Shown piece after piece: positions 27,161 through 41,859 of a DNA stretch of 64,000 nt. Made by a program: the position numbers and the translations under genes. The DNA is from Obrimoposthia wandeli (Eukaryota), in the NCBI GenBank assembly GCA_977020255.1, contig CDROCS010000890.1:62001-126000 (forward strand), read 5' to 3'. The notes below the pieces were generated by a model. It had not been told where the DNA came from and searched no databases. It was given only the letters and a program-made list of their open reading frames with translations. Each line of letters begins with the position of its first letter. Positions within the stretch are counted from its first letter, which is position 1.

Positions 27161-30100
27161 CATCAATTGAAAAGTATTTTGGAATTTTACATAACTGATT
27201 AATGTATACAAAGAAAATTCTTTCCAGCTTGAAACTGATCCCAGTCTGGCTTTTAGAGACGATTTAGGTTTTTTGATTTCTCCAATTTTAGATGAAGAAC
27301 TATGGAATATGTCAATACAACTCAATGTATATTATGCTTATGGTGGGAAAATGCAGCATTTTTGGACTTTGAGTGAAGCTAATATGGTGTTTTATATTTG
27401 GTTTTGAATAAATGTATTGAAATGAATTTTTTGTTCTGTATATTTATTTCTCTTAAAAAATATATTATATATATATAGATCTGACCTACATATTTTGTCC
27501 TTCTAATATACATAAAAGAGATAGTAATTTATTCATCTAAAATCTGTTATTAGATGTTCTTATGAATATGACTAATTTAGATGCAAAGTTTAGAATTAGT
27601 TATTATTTTTATATAAGAATAACATAGCCAAAATTCAAGTCTAATCCGTCTAGAAGGAGTAGTGGTGCTTACCAGGTTAATATAGCGTTAATTTCTTAAT
27701 ATTTAAGAATATTATAAGGTGCTTTAAAAATCTGAACTCTAAAACAATATTATATTTTTTACAGCTAATGGGAAACATTTTCAATTTCAATTTGGAGGTG
27801 AGTTTAAAACAGAATATCTTTGAATGAATAAATTTATTTCGTACTTTTTACGATTATTTATCGGAATTTAGTGTAGTTCAAATATCTAGTTCTTCAGCCA
27901 GTTCATTTTCGAGAATTGATATTAGCACTCAGGAAAAAAAATCAATACTAATGCAGAAAATATTTATAATCATTATCTCAAAATTTGGAATTTGGCTGGA
28001 GTCAAACGATGGCAAGTATCTGACAAGTGTAGTCCTGTTTAATATTTAGTTATGTATACTGTTTTCTCCATTTTGTTATTGTCATTCATCAAATAAATAA
28101 ATATTATATGTACCTTCATTATTACTTATGTTTATGTTAATTGATTATTTGTTAGTCGCATAATTTTAGATTGATACAATATCAATTTGTTCAGTGCCAA
28201 AACAAAAATGAATAATGCCGATGACTCAGAGTTATGGCTCTAATGATTTACTTTTATCTCATTTACTTTTAGCTCTTGGATTGTTTGATTGATAACAATT
28301 ATTTTTACCATGTACCGGTTGATTGTGAGTTCATCATGAATTGGCATGTTCATTCGCTCCCGTATTTACGGCACTATTCGTGTTTAATGTAAACACTATC
28401 GAAAACAGTACACATTCATTTTATTCTGACCCATATTTAAGTGTTTATATACCTCCTATAAAGTTAATTAATTGTTTAAGACATCATTGATTTATGCTAG
28501 AGGCTGATTTTATTAGTAAGTTCTATAAGTCTATTATTGTACAATTCGTATACTATAGATGTTTACCCTGATTTAACAACGGAAATATTCAATTCGATTT
28601 CCATGCTAAAAAATGATCAAGTAGGCAAATTATGATTGCATTACTTTGTATAATGTGACACACATTAATATTTATGTATAAAAAATGATACGCGACTGAA
28701 ATGAGTATAATGAGGATTCAATTGATTATCTGGTATATGAGTAAATTTTAATAATTTCCATTGGAAAGTTTGAATCACAACTTTACCTCGGAAACTCTAC
28801 TGGAGAGTGGATACATTCTAATAAATGTTGACATGAGGCACTGTCCTGAAAAAGTAAAACAAACTGGATCATCCATCTAATTATGGTTTCTGTCGGTGTT
28901 CTCTAATCTTTCTTTTCAAAGTGTTTATAGAAATAAATATCTGCTAAATGATTCATGGGGATCAGAGAATGACAGACCGATCAATAGTTCCAGTCTTGGA
29001 CCCTGCTAAATAATTAATTGATAAACTTACATTTCATTGGCGACAGTTCCCCACCACTACAGAATGGCTTGACATCCCTGCCAGGCAAGCCCGAGGTTCC
29101 TTTTCTAAACAGAGAAAAGTTAGGGCGATACAAGAATTACTGGTCTCGTCAATTAGTGAACTACTCGAAAAAGCTGCAAAGAATGGAAACTAAAATTAGC
29201 TGCACTACTGGAGCTTACGTGACACAGAATCAATTGATTATTGCAGCTCATAATTAGTGGTGGTGGGTAGTTCAATCGCAGTAGAAAGTTTCTGCTGAAT
29301 CTATAAAAAATATATCAGGAAAATTTCAAACAAAATGTTTAAAACCACCGTCTAATAATACTGTGTAACAAAAAAATATTTACATCCATTAACCACTTTT
29401 ATAGTTTAAATATTATATTATTACGAAAATACCCTTAAAAATTTCGTTTCGTCAGTAATTTGAGATATCAACATGGTCCGAAACATTTTATACAACGATT
29501 TGACATATATGAAACAGTATATTTAGTTATGTAATCTGATTATTAGTCACGATCTGTTACAAAACTATGAAACTTTGTAGTGGTTGCCAAAAATTTCAGC
29601 TTTCCGATTATATTTATTAAAACAGCTTGCTAATTTATTTGTCCATTCTGGCATTAATAAGGGTTCTGTAGACATTGGCATTTATTAATCTTTATGAGTA
29701 ATTTAAAAAAAATTTGTTGAGATATTTTATTAAATTACAGTAATAATAAAATTTAATTAGGATAAAAATATTAAAATTCCTTTTTAAGGATAAAATTATT
29801 ATTTAATTTCTTTCTTGACTTGATGGCGATTTAAAAATTTCTCATCTATCCCTAAATTCTTATTTTTATTAGAGGGAAAATTTTCCTGTTGTGTTCTGTA
29901 ATTGTTAAATATTTTTCTGATTTTTGTCAACTTATTTTTTAAAACATTAATAAAAAATTGGTACAATAAAACATTTTTATAATTAAAACAAACACCAAAA
30001 AATGAGAATATAAATGTAGAAACTGGTTATAAAGATAAAGTCAAAAATTAGATTTATACGAACATTTTGTTGAATAACAGAATGATTTTTTAAAAATATA

Positions 30101-32490
30101 ATAATATCAAAAAATCCCAAATCAAACTTTGTACTACTAGAAGTGAAATGAGCAAGTTTTGCTGAAAAGTAAATTTTAATAACTGATTATTTTTTAATGA
30201 ATTTTCAGTCTCAATGCAAGTTTAGAAATATTTCTTATTTGTACAAATTCAAAACAAATTCTGAGCTTCTTCTTTTTTTATACAAATTGTGATATAAAAT
30301 AATTTTATTCCCCAAATATAAGTCGGGCAAGTTGAGTTTATTTGTCAGTAGACATATTCAGTTAGTATATTTAAAAAGTATGGTTTGACTAACAGTGGTC
30401 AGTGACGTTTGAATACTATACTTCAGAGGTGCAATATCTCGATCGACTGACCAGTTTCAGTTGGTACATTTAAATACATTTAATTTATAAAATAAACTTA
30501 TGTATAATGTACTTTATTTATTTATGAGTAATAAATTTATGTATACATTAACAAAGGAAATTATCAAAGCGGAAATCACAGATTTTAAAATTTACTTATT
30601 TAACCTAAAAATTAAGTTAGTAAAATATGCTCTGCATTTTCATTATTCTGAAATATATTTATAAGTTTATAATGATTATTATGTCTGTTTTTATATTTAT
30701 ATTAAAATAAATATAACCACATTTTAAAATAAATTACTAATACGTGTTTTGACAATTATTTTACCATTAGCATTTTTGAGGATTTTTACACATTCTTGAC
30801 ATTGCTTAACATCAGCGATTTCATTAATTAGATTTAATTTTATTTAAAATTCGTGTTCAATGCGTAAAGCTTTAAAACCCTTAGAAACGTAAAATTTAAA
30901 CAATAATAATAAGTATAATTTCATTATTTTTATTATTTTTATCTTCTTTTATGTTTTAGGACAGAAAATATTTAAACACAGTTCCTGATAATTAATTTGA
31001 AGATTATTTTGTAAATATGAAGAAAATTTCAGATTTGATAACTTTAATAGTAAGATTACATTTTCAATATATTGCATAAATTACAAAAAATGAAGATTGA
31101 CTGACTAAATACTATTTATTTAAATCAAAATTGGTGACAAATACTTTTTTCAAAAAATCTTTAATATTTTGAAGAAGTATGCAAAAATTTTGAATTTTTT
31201 TGAATGATTTTTTAAAAATTAACTTTTAGATAATTGACTAAAAAGAGTAAATAATATAAATTAAAAGTTAAAATAACCATTTCTTATTTTTTGAGACTTT
31301 TAAATTTGATAGATTCTTTAACAACCTTATTTTAAAGGGATTCTTCGACAATGACAAATTTTTGTAATAAGGTTCTATTTGGAAAAATGCTTTATACAAA
31401 ATAAGAGCTAATACTGCAAAATTTGTATTCTTTCTGCCTAATATCAATTATTGGAGAACAAGCATACTCAAAAAATTTTCATATTTTGATATTTTAAAAT
31501 ATAATTTCTTTCCATTTAATGTTATAATTGGGATGCCTATTAATATTACGAAATTTTGAACATTCAATACATTGGTTTAATATGTTGCGTATGTTCTATA
31601 ATGTGTATTAAAACAATTTTCTAAATTTCAGATTTGGTGAGTAAAGTTCAAAATTGTTAGAAAGTAATGGAATATTTAAAAAAGGATTCATTATAACTAA
31701 ACAACATTAAATTGAAACTTTGTAATTGAAGTGCTTCGTTCATCGATAGAGCATTGTTAAACGAAAATCATCTTTATCGAGTGAACTCCTCGGAGCTTTG
31801 GTCTCACTATCGATAATTTTTCTCTCTGGTCATACATGAGAGAAAATGTTTGCAGGAATCCAAGATCAAATTGTCTTCAAGAACTGACAGATGCAAAGAA
31901 TTTTTGAAGAACCTCAACTTAGACATGGTGAGAAGGTTTTTTAACAGTTTTGTGAAACGATGTGCTTTATGTGATGAAGAAACATGGTCCACAGATTGAA
32001 TTTCTTTGTAATTATTTTATTATAATATAATTTATATTTAGATAATTTTTCTATTTTGTCTAAACATTTTATGGAACTTCAAGAACTATTGATGAAATTT
32101 CAAGAGCTTAAACGGGGTTTATCTTTAACTTTATAACTTTCCTTATTAATTTGATTTGCGTTGATTTAATTAAATAATTCAGTTTCAAAAATAATTTGAT
32201 GTATTATTAATACCCCAATGTGCTCTAATTCAAGGAGGGACGTACCCGTGCATATCATTTTAAGTTTTAGTTTTTTGGATGAAAGGTATTGAACAAATGT
32301 TACTATATGAGTACTTATTATAGTTGTTTATAGTTCGACTCTTGTTTTACCCAATAACTCATTATTTAAAGATTTGTCTCCGGTATAATTTCCATGTTTC
32401 TATCACTCATAATTTAGTAAAACCATTAATTGTATTGATTAAATATTTTTTTAGAATGAATAGTATGGATAATACAAAAGATATTCTTAC

Positions 32491-32838
32491 AGCGAAGTGT
32501 ATGCTCCAGAATATGATGAGCGTACAAACAACTGCGAAGTGGCAAGAGTATTCAGTACATCTGCAAAAAATGTGAGTAACTCGAGAAACTCTAGTAGATG
32601 TCGAGAAACAAAAGATCTAATAGAGGAAACACTGCCAAGTTGAAATGTAAAAGTTCTGAGAATCGATCGGGTGGCTATGATATTTTTGTGTGGAGTGATT
32701 CGAATCGGAGGTTTCATATTAGCAAATAAAGAAGGTATAACTGATTTCACAGTCAGTCTTGGATGGTGTTGAGATTCATGGAAGGGTATGTGATTGTTAT
32801 AACATATGACATTGATATTTATGGTGCTGCTATGGTGT
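32491..32838 (-). CDS. Putative internal host exon (348 nt), product unknown
   Basis: Acceptor TTTTCAAACAG and donor GTAAGA flank a stop-free frame of 116 codons with symmetric phase. The ORF-track stop lies inside the donor site. Confidence 0.35.
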
Positions 32839-34369
32839 CTGTTTGAAAATAATGAAATTTATTTTGATGAATAATATTAAAAAAGATAAAAGATAAAAAA
32901 AGAAGAAATGAAACTTAGACATTTACTACGTAGCTACATTTAACTCAAATAATTTTAATTTATCAAACTTAAGTCGTATAAGTCAACTCCTGTTTTTTAC
33001 TTGAAAATTTAGTCTTCAAAGCTCAATTTATACACGACAATATACGGTATATAATAATACTGCAAGCTTTTAGCTGAAATAGAAAAAATATATAGAATTG
33101 ATGCTCTTTGTGTTTTTTAATTGTTACCAACATTTATGACATACATTAAATGTTTTGTAAACGTTTTGTTGTCATTCTGATGCCGCCTTTAAGTTCAGTA
33201 TATCTCCTAGTATTTGTTAAAAATATACACATATATATATTTTACAAAATATTATTGGATTTTTATCAAAGTTCTGAATTTCTGAAATGAAATTCATTAA
33301 CTTCAAATGTTTACATTTTCGGTTAAATTTCAAATTTTGTGTTCACGATTGCAAACTCCTTACTTGTTTCAGATAAGAACTGGTTAAAACATAGTTTGAT
33401 ATTTTCGCCATAGGAATGTTTTCTCTTAAAATAGAATATAATGATTAATTTTCTTGTTTGTCAATGTTGCAAACTCATCGTAGAAATTTAATATCCCATA
33501 TTTTATACTTGACTGTCTTTTACTCTTCATATTTGCTTGTCACCGGTATAATATTAAAATTTTACTAGTAATTTACTTGAATAAATATCTGCTTTTTTAG
33601 TAAAATATAATATAATAAATAAAATATGCTGTGTTATAAATGCTCCATTCAAAATAAGTTCTAGAAATTGGTTTAAACGATTTATAATAGATGATTTTAA
33701 TGTGAAAGACAAAAAATACTCAAGTGAACCAAAAAAATGAAAATTAGAAATTAGAAGCATTACTGGAAAAAGATTCATATCAAACATTGCAAAATGTTGA
33801 TAAATCGACTGTAAGCAAACATTTAAAATAAATGAAATTCATTCAAAAACATTGACATTGACTAGAACAAGATTTGAAAGGTATGGACAATAAAATGTGT
33901 TTAAGCACGTGCGAATTTTTGTTTCAAACCCAGAAACAGAAGTCAATTTTCCATATAATTGGTACTTGTAACGAAATATAGATACGTATTACGATAATCC
34001 AAGGAAAAGAAAATCATTAGGTAAACCAGCAAGCCATCAACATCAATGCCAAAATGGAATCCATATTCAAGTATGTTTATGTTGTGTATTTTGTTGGACC
34101 AAAAAGGTATTTTTGGGTAAATAATTAATAAAAATGCAATTAATGTTTTCTGAAGTGCCCACAATTAGGCGGATAGAAGCGTTAAACCGCGATGGAATCG
34201 TTAGGCGATTGGGGAGTTAACATAACCTTTGCAAACTGGTAGAAAATACATCCAGAATTTGAATTCTTTAAGAAATTATACAACAATATTCTAACAAAAA
34301 CAAGTTACATTAAAAGTGGAAAACGTAAAAAACCAAATATTGATCGTCAAGTCAAAAAAACTCAACAAG

Positions 34370-35720
34370 ACTAAGCAACCTTCATTGCGGAGACTCATTG
34401 CCATCCTGGACACATCATAAAGAGCATTCACCAAGATCCTAAACACACGACTACTGTACTGGATCTACACAGGTAAGCTGCTCAATAGAAATCAAAAGAA
34501 ATAAACTTCCCAGATGGGTGTTCCGAATATAACACTACCATTAGTTCGTTGTTTGAATATTTTCGCTAGAAAAAACAGAGAATTGAAAAATAACCGCCAA
34601 TTTCATGCCTGCTTTCTCGACCTTGCAGATGCATTTGGTTCAGTATCTTATTAATTCATTTGGCACACACTTACGAATATGGGCCTTGAAAAAAACAATA
34701 CGACTGCTAAAATAGAATTACAGCGGATGATATTAAAATAGTACTCAAACGAGAATGCCCATTGTCAATGACGCTTATCTGTTTGTACATCGACTATATC
34801 CTCACCACAAACCAATGGTTGAATCTTAGCATTAACATATACGACTACCGTGTGCAAATGATATCATGGTTATATCGTACAATTACAAAAAATGGAAATT
34901 CTGGTTGAGAAACTTATCGAGTTCGCCTCTTTGGCATGCCTAACATTTAGACCGACAAGTGTGGATATTATAACAACATAGCCGAAAATACGTAGTCACT
35001 ATAAATATATAAAGAACAAATTGTGAACGAAGAAAACACTTACGACCAGGCCCTGTAAGACCCACTTGGAGACTTGGAGATACTAAAAAAAATTATAAAA
35101 TCAAATTTGTGTCGGCAGTTAGTTGTTCAACGAAGAAATATTTGAGGCAAGTAAAAGTAGAATTACGTCAAAAATTAGGGCCTCATAGTTGTATTAGATT
35201 TTATTATAAGGATATTTTTTGTTGCTCTACTTAAAAGTATTAAATAATTTTTAAAAAAAAGTTTGCATAGTTTGCTATAAAATTTTGGAGGCCCCTTAAA
35301 TTTAGAGGCCCATGTCAAACGACCCATTGCTCCCCCCTTACAGGCCCTGCTTACGAATATCTAGGTGTTCTCTTCGGTTCATCAAAGCATCAATCAATAC
35401 AGTCCACACTAGAAACTAATCTCAGAAATACGAAACTTATATTTGAAAGTAGACATCTGCCACAACAGAAGCTGAGACCATACGAAACATTTATAGAATT
35501 ACGCCTCACATTCCAATTCAGAAACTATGAATTGAATGTTTAATGTCTAAAGAAAGTTAAGGGTAGTACAACAGGGATATCCGAAAGCATCTACGAAACA
35601 TCCAAAACAATCTTCTGAACACCTCATATCAACATACGCACAAAGAACTTGGAGGACTTGGACTGCGTTTTGATAATATGATGATTATATTGTGCAAAGT
35701 GTTGCCTAGGTCTTCAATGT
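34370..35720 (+). pseudogene. Non-LTR retrotransposon RT relic (R2/R4/NeSL-like)
   Basis: Collinear degraded motifs LIAILDTS*RAFTKILNTRLL, DGCSEYNT, HACFLDLADAFGSVS, PLSMTLICLYID, KCGY, EYLGV, GGLG. Confidence 0.72.
35047..35349. mobile_element. hAT-family MITE nested in the LINE relic
   Basis: TIRs CAGGCCCTGTAAG / CTTACAGGCCCTG (one mismatch) with an 8-bp TSD CTTACGAC/CTTACGAA. Confidence 0.72.
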
Positions 35721-36654
35721 GATGTCATAAAAATAATAGTTGCTGGAAAAACTGGCTATCAACAAATTTGTTGTCGGTATGACGTATAGAAATGAAATAT
35801 AAATGACGGAAAAAATAGAAAATGACGTATCACCAATAAAAGCAGCACTGCTACAAGTGCTGGCAGAAAATATTTGAAAGACACACTTATTTGAAAGCTA
35901 AAACTTAATTTTACCATTTGTAAAATTTTAACAATATTTAATAATTTTAAAAACTGAAATACAAAATATTTTGACCTGTAGAATTATTTATCCAACAACT
36001 TGCAAGCCGAAATACAGAAATATTTTGATCCCCTAACATTTTTATTCAACAGTATTGTAATAATTAAAAATGTGGGGTTTCACAAAACGACAATTGCAAT
36101 GATTTGAATAACGATTGTATTTCCTAAAAATGTAATAACTGAAAATGTGGGGTTTCACAAAACGACAAAAATGTAATAATTCAGATAAATTGATATAACT
36201 TTCAACTTTTGTTTTCAAATAATTCAGATAAATTGATATAATTGTATTCGTAATTTTATTTTTGTGTGACGATAAAATTGTGTTTGTGCCGCTTATAAAG
36301 CGAACAAGCACACATACAAGTATCATTGTCCAATTAATGTGAAAATCAATACATCACACAAATATGTAGGGCAAAACTTAAAACGCACACATTGACACAA
36401 ACAAACAACACCACACACAAAGATCGTTCTTGGTTGTTGGGAACAGATATAAAGAAAGAAGTTGCATCCATAGTTAGATGTTGTTATTGTCGCAGCTGGT
36501 AGTCGCTGAGTGAGACAGCAATTGGCAGCGTTGAAAATCGCAGTGTGTGTGTACCCAACCGAAAAGTTGCAGCACACCAACAGACGACATGATTGTTGCT
36601 GCCACTACACACACAGTCTCTCCAATGCACCATCAAAACAGGACTGTATCCTAG

Positions 36655-36756
36655 GAAGGTGGCTTGGATGAAGGTGTGGAAGGAGCTCAGCTTCCCGCGC
36701 TAAGGCAGATCGCAGTAGTGGGGGTGGCTCTGTGCAACCTGGACGACTTTATGCAG
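36655..36756 (+). other. Possible short exon (102 nt, phase 0)
   Basis: GC-richer island with CTAG acceptor and consensus donor CAG|GTAAGT. Open frame EGGLDEGVEGAQLPALRQIAVVGVALCNLDDFMQ. Confidence 0.25.
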
Positions 36757-36969
36757 GTAAGTGTTCTTCTTCTAATCTATTTTTCTTTTTTATCTCTGAC
36801 TTTAAGCCTGAAATAACAAAAAAGATAACAAAATGCCAAAGTGCATTGTATTAACCCGAATAAACATTTCCCTAATAAGGGAAATTTTCTCCCATTATTT
36901 CTTAATTAATGAAATAATTTAAATTAAAAAAATTATTTTTCTCTCAGAAAGTGTTATAACAATCTCAAC

Positions 36970-37430
36970 AGTATTATGAGCTCCTAGAACCATCTGAAAT
37001 TATCTGAAAGTATTAATCAATTTGAGTCAAGAACTTGAGGAAAACGTCAGGAATCTACCAAAAGGCATGATAAAATGCATTTTCAATATGAAAATGCTAG
37101 GCTGCACAGAGTCAAATGTGTCAAAGAAATTATTTGATGCGATGTGTTACTTCACCCAATGTATTTGGCAGACTTTGTTCTATTAGATTTTCATTTATTT
37201 TGATCGATTTGCTTTGGTCTTTCAGAATATGACTTCAATTATTATGAAGATATAAAAACTTGACTGATTATTGGATTGTTTCAATAGAACTGTATTTATT
37301 CTGTCATATAAGCCCTTTATTACCCAACAAATGGTGAAATGTCTTAACTAGCGATGGAAAACATTTGTAATGAAATAATATTAATCTTATTGATTATTTT
37401 TTAAATGGCGGAAACTTGTTCAACTACCCA
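36970..37430 (+). pseudogene. Mariner transposase C-terminal relic with probable 3' TIR
   Basis: YELLEPSE, HDKMHFQYENARLH (cf. HDNARPH), LHPMYLADF..LDFHLF (cf. HPPYSPDLAPSDYHLF), LP..W..CL..DGK. Followed by a TIR-like tail ending in TA. Confidence 0.68.
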
Positions 37431-38439
37431 TACAATGTAAACCCATTCATAAATTATATTTTGGTATATAAAGATAGAGAGATTAGCATGTTTTTAAGCG
37501 GGCTTTGTTCCTTTAAGTTAGAACCGACACTATATACTACTTCAGTGGCTAACAATATATCCCGATAACGTAGCCTAAAATTATAAATTGGGATTATTCA
37601 GTTACAATTGTAGGTAATTCATAAATTATTAAACTGAACAGAATTATCACGATGACACTTTATCTTACTAACACTGATTTTCAAATTCAAAATAAAATCC
37701 CCTGCGGTTATACTATGCGCCGCTTTAAAAATAATTGGTTTGGAAACAGGATCAGAGAAGCCAGTAGATAAAGTTATATTGATATGTACAAATTTGTGAT
37801 AAACTGCTGGTGTGTAAATGTGACATCAAACACAGCCTCTGAACGAATAAACTCATCTGCTGTCAACGACTAAACAATGGTCACCGGTAAATAATGCATG
37901 ACAAAGGAAGTTGCCCACAACAAGATATAGGTCCAGAGAATGAATCATAGATTTTGTTGATTAATATTGACTACAGCTTGATGGCAGTGGTACTAACCAA
38001 TCTATTGTTGGGACAACAATGAGCTTCACAATTCTCTTTCTTTAGCTGGGGAACTTTCAGTCACTGATACTGAACTTATTGACCACATGTTCACGTGTTC
38101 CCAACAATTTTGTTAGCTGGCCTATGATAATCAGTATTGCTTTGTTTAGAATTGTATTGTTAGTTCTGGCTCTGCTTGTACGAGTTTCAACGTGTGCTTT
38201 ATTTTTAAAATTTCCTATATTACATATCCTTTCGTAATAAAATTTAACGACAAAATGATGGGTGTACCTCGTTTATATGTTAAAAACATTTTTATATCGA
38301 TATATTTTATAAAAATAGAGATAAATGTACAGGTTTAGAATAAAGTATAAAATTTAAAGGTTTTCAATATCGATTGTGTTCATCATGTTTAAAAACACAT
38401 TTGGTTAATCTTCTTGATACAATATCGAATTTTTTTGAT

Positions 38440-38680
38440 AATATAGATGGATATTTTATTTCATTCTTCTATCAAAATTGATTTTACTTGATCATGTGTA
38501 GATAGATGTATTCATCCTGGCTCATCCCGATCAATTGTCAAACCCCGGCTTTGACTAAAGAAATGCGCCAGCAACTTAAAATGTTGGTTTACAATGCGCT
38601 TGAAAAGATATAGTTGGCCACGTAATTTAAAGTTCTCAAGGCGCAATTTGAGCTGTACTGTTCTGTTTTATTGCTTACTA
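38440..38680 (-). pseudogene. Helitron/PIF1 helicase C-terminal relic
   Basis: Degraded FKRI...SQSRGLTIDR (cf. INKSQGQTLDRVG) and THDQV (cf. SHGQLY). Confidence 0.35.
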
Positions 38681-40851
38681 CTCCTTCATAGTACAAAATT
38701 TAAACCGAGACCAAACGGTATCTTTAAATAACTTTGAATCATAATATAATGACGAAATTCTGAAATTATTATAGAGAGCTGAGCAATAACCACTCAAAGG
38801 TTTCTCTATATAAATTATAATATTAAAAGTGACTCAATCAAAAGAAAATTAGATTATTCAAAAAAGGTTAAATATCAAAACAATAAAAATCAGTAAGATC
38901 ATTTAATCTCATTCACCTTCATTTCTGAATAAACTAATTAAACTTCGATTGAAAAATATTCATCTGCAGCTCGATAAAGCAACGAATTGTCTACTAACAC
39001 ATCAGGTTTTATAGTTTAAATAAGATAACAAAAGTTGAAAAGTTTATAGTCAATGTATTTTATATTGGACATCAAGGTAACGATTCAATTTAAGTTGTAG
39101 ATTTTAATAATTGCAAATAGTTTTTATATTTTTAAATATATTGTAAATTTTCAAATGTAAATAATGGCTGACTTGAAGAAGAAATAAGCAATAAATTAAA
39201 TAATCTACCAAAACACGGGAAGAATATGAGACAATTGAAAGTGAATTAAACGTCCATTATATAGTCAAGAAATCCCTAGAGATTGAAATACCAACTCTCC
39301 CATAATGTATACGATTTCATACTCCAGCTCGATACAGAATACGGACCCTTATCCACACAACAAAAATCCTTCATGGAGAGCAGCCTTAAAGAAAAATATG
39401 GAGTTCACAAATGAATTCATCAATTTCAAAGTTTTATTTATTTATTTTTTATTATGATTTCCCTCAGAATTGTTTATTTTTATTTTTTACTTCATTGTTA
39501 ATAATTTCCTTATTTTTACAGAAAGACTACGAGTATCGCACCCCTTGACTAATCAAGTACTACGGATGGCTCGACACAGAACATAGCGAACAACTGAAAG
39601 TAGACGATTTGATCAATGAACACGTCGAGAAAAACATGCTGGAGCCACATTTTTCTTTTTAATACGCTTTATCTTTGTAAATATTTGTTTTTGTTAGTAG
39701 GTTATCTTTTAAATATTTTTACTTGTAATAGGTTGTAAATAATTCAGTTAAAAATATTTTGATAATACTGTAAATAGTTACTTATTTTATTTTAATATCC
39801 CTAATCTCTTAGAAAATTTTATATTAATGGATTTTAAATTGAACATCTTAAACAAGAAATTTCCATACAATATCAAAATTGAAAGGATTCAAACAGTTAC
39901 TGTGAATGTAGATATTGAAAAGATGGTGATTCTAAGTATTGAATGTATGTTTGAGCCTTCTTTCCTGATCTTTGCTTTTATGTGTATTAACCTTTGTGTA
40001 AATATATTTATTTCAGTAGTAAATTTATAATTATCGGTTTGAAAGACTTTGACTATTATTATTTTATGAATAATTGATATAAATGAAAATATTTCTCTGT
40101 TTCTCAGGTTATTTAATGTCAAATCTGGTAGACAATCTTGGACAGTATAGAAATATAACTAATTGTACAAACAGAGGGGAAATTAAATATTCAGATGACT
40201 GTTTTAGATCCAGAGTAAATTTGAACACCATAGATTAAACTCATAAATATTCTATTCTACAAGAAATCAATTAATTGAAGATTTAGCAAGGACCCGGTTT
40301 TAGAAGAATTCATACGAACCAACTGATAAGGTGACATGTGTTATATTGTAGAAAATCCTTTGCACAATGATCATGTAATGAAAAATCAATGAAGTAACAT
40401 AATAAATGTGTTCTTACATGCCTATTTACATTAAATGTAAATGCAGGTAATATTCCAATGAGACCAAATGCATTTAAAAGTTCAGATTATGATGTTAAAC
40501 CTAAAGTAATAGTAATATAAAGCAGTTATGAGAACATTAATGTAAGGCATAATGAAACTTTTATAAATAAAGAAATTAAAATATGTTGAACATACAAGCA
40601 ATATACCCGGGGATGAAATAAATAAACAAATTGATTTTACCTGTAACAAAATAAAGGGTTGTAGTAAAGAACGGATAAAACAGGTATTTTTATAAAAGAA
40701 ATGATTACAAATCCATGTATGAATTATTATTTGACTTAAAGGTTTTAAAAATAGAACCTGATAAATCATATTTAAAATTTTTGCTATAAACAATTTTTTG
40801 ACTCTTTTTTATTTTTAAGAATGAAACTTAAGAATGATGTATGATATGGTA

Positions 40852-41094
40852 TATCGGATTGTGGTGCCAAGCAGAAACGGTAAAGTCCATTTCGTAACAA
40901 AACTATTATAAAATAATTATATGTTTAAGGAGAAATTGTTGACCTTATGATGAATCAAATAAAAACTCAGGGTTTAATAACATATTTACAAAATTTGTTC
41001 GCCGTAGAAGTGTTACGGTAATTTTCATAACAAAATATCTAATTCATCAGGTGGACACATTCATCTAAAACATAGGACACGACATTTGCATGTA
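40852..41094 (+). pseudogene. Maverick/Polinton packaging ATPase relic
   Basis: YRIVVPSRNGKVHFVTKLL (decayed Walker A), VDLMM (cf. DDLM), IFTKFVRRRSVTVIFIT (cf. LFTKxSHHRNxSVIFITQN). Cut off by the LTR at 41095. Confidence 0.5.
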
Positions 41095-41859
41095 TGTTAT
41101 AAATGAATATTTTCCAATAATGTATTGAAGTTTGAATAGTTTCAAATAATATATATTCTTCTTTTAGAAATAATTTGTTCTTCTTTTAGAAATATATTCA
41201 TAAAATAATTTGTGTGATAATGAAAACTGAATGTTATATTTGAATAGTTTCAATAGTAATTGAAGTTTGAATAGTTTCAAATAATATATATTCTTCTTTT
41301 AGAAATAATTTGTTCTTCTTTTAGAAATATATTCATAAAATAATTTGTGTGATAATGAAAAAGATCATAAAATAATTTATTAGATCATAAAATAATTTGT
41401 TAGATAAGTCTAATAATTTTTGTGTCGATAAGTCTGATCGACGATTGCTATAAATAGCAATCGTCCAAATGTCAAATACGATGTCCATTGAGGGAGAGAA
41501 AGTTGATGAAGTATCAACACACAATCACATTCACATGTGTAAGGAAGAAGCTGCAACATTAATAATCCGTGATCTTTACACATAGCCTTCTCTTAACAGT
41601 CCACATATTACAATCCTCTACATCGCTGGTCATCTCAACACTGTCTTATTGCATGGTATGATGGACTATGTTGTGGAGAAAAGGGGGAAATGACAATACA
41701 GGAGAGATTTCAGTCAACACACATTCACACTGGATAATTTTGAGAGGGAAAAACAGTGATTGTACGAAAAAGAATATAGAGATTGTGAGAGAGGAGAGAG
41801 GATATACACACCACACACCGACACTAAAGACAGCACCAAAGTTTTTGTGTGTAGCTTCA
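41095..41859 (-). repeat. 3' LTR (765 bp)
   Basis: Minus strand TGAAGC...TAACA. Nearly identical to 53050-53814 (two substitutions seen by eye). Contains an internal ~135-bp duplication. Confidence 0.88.
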
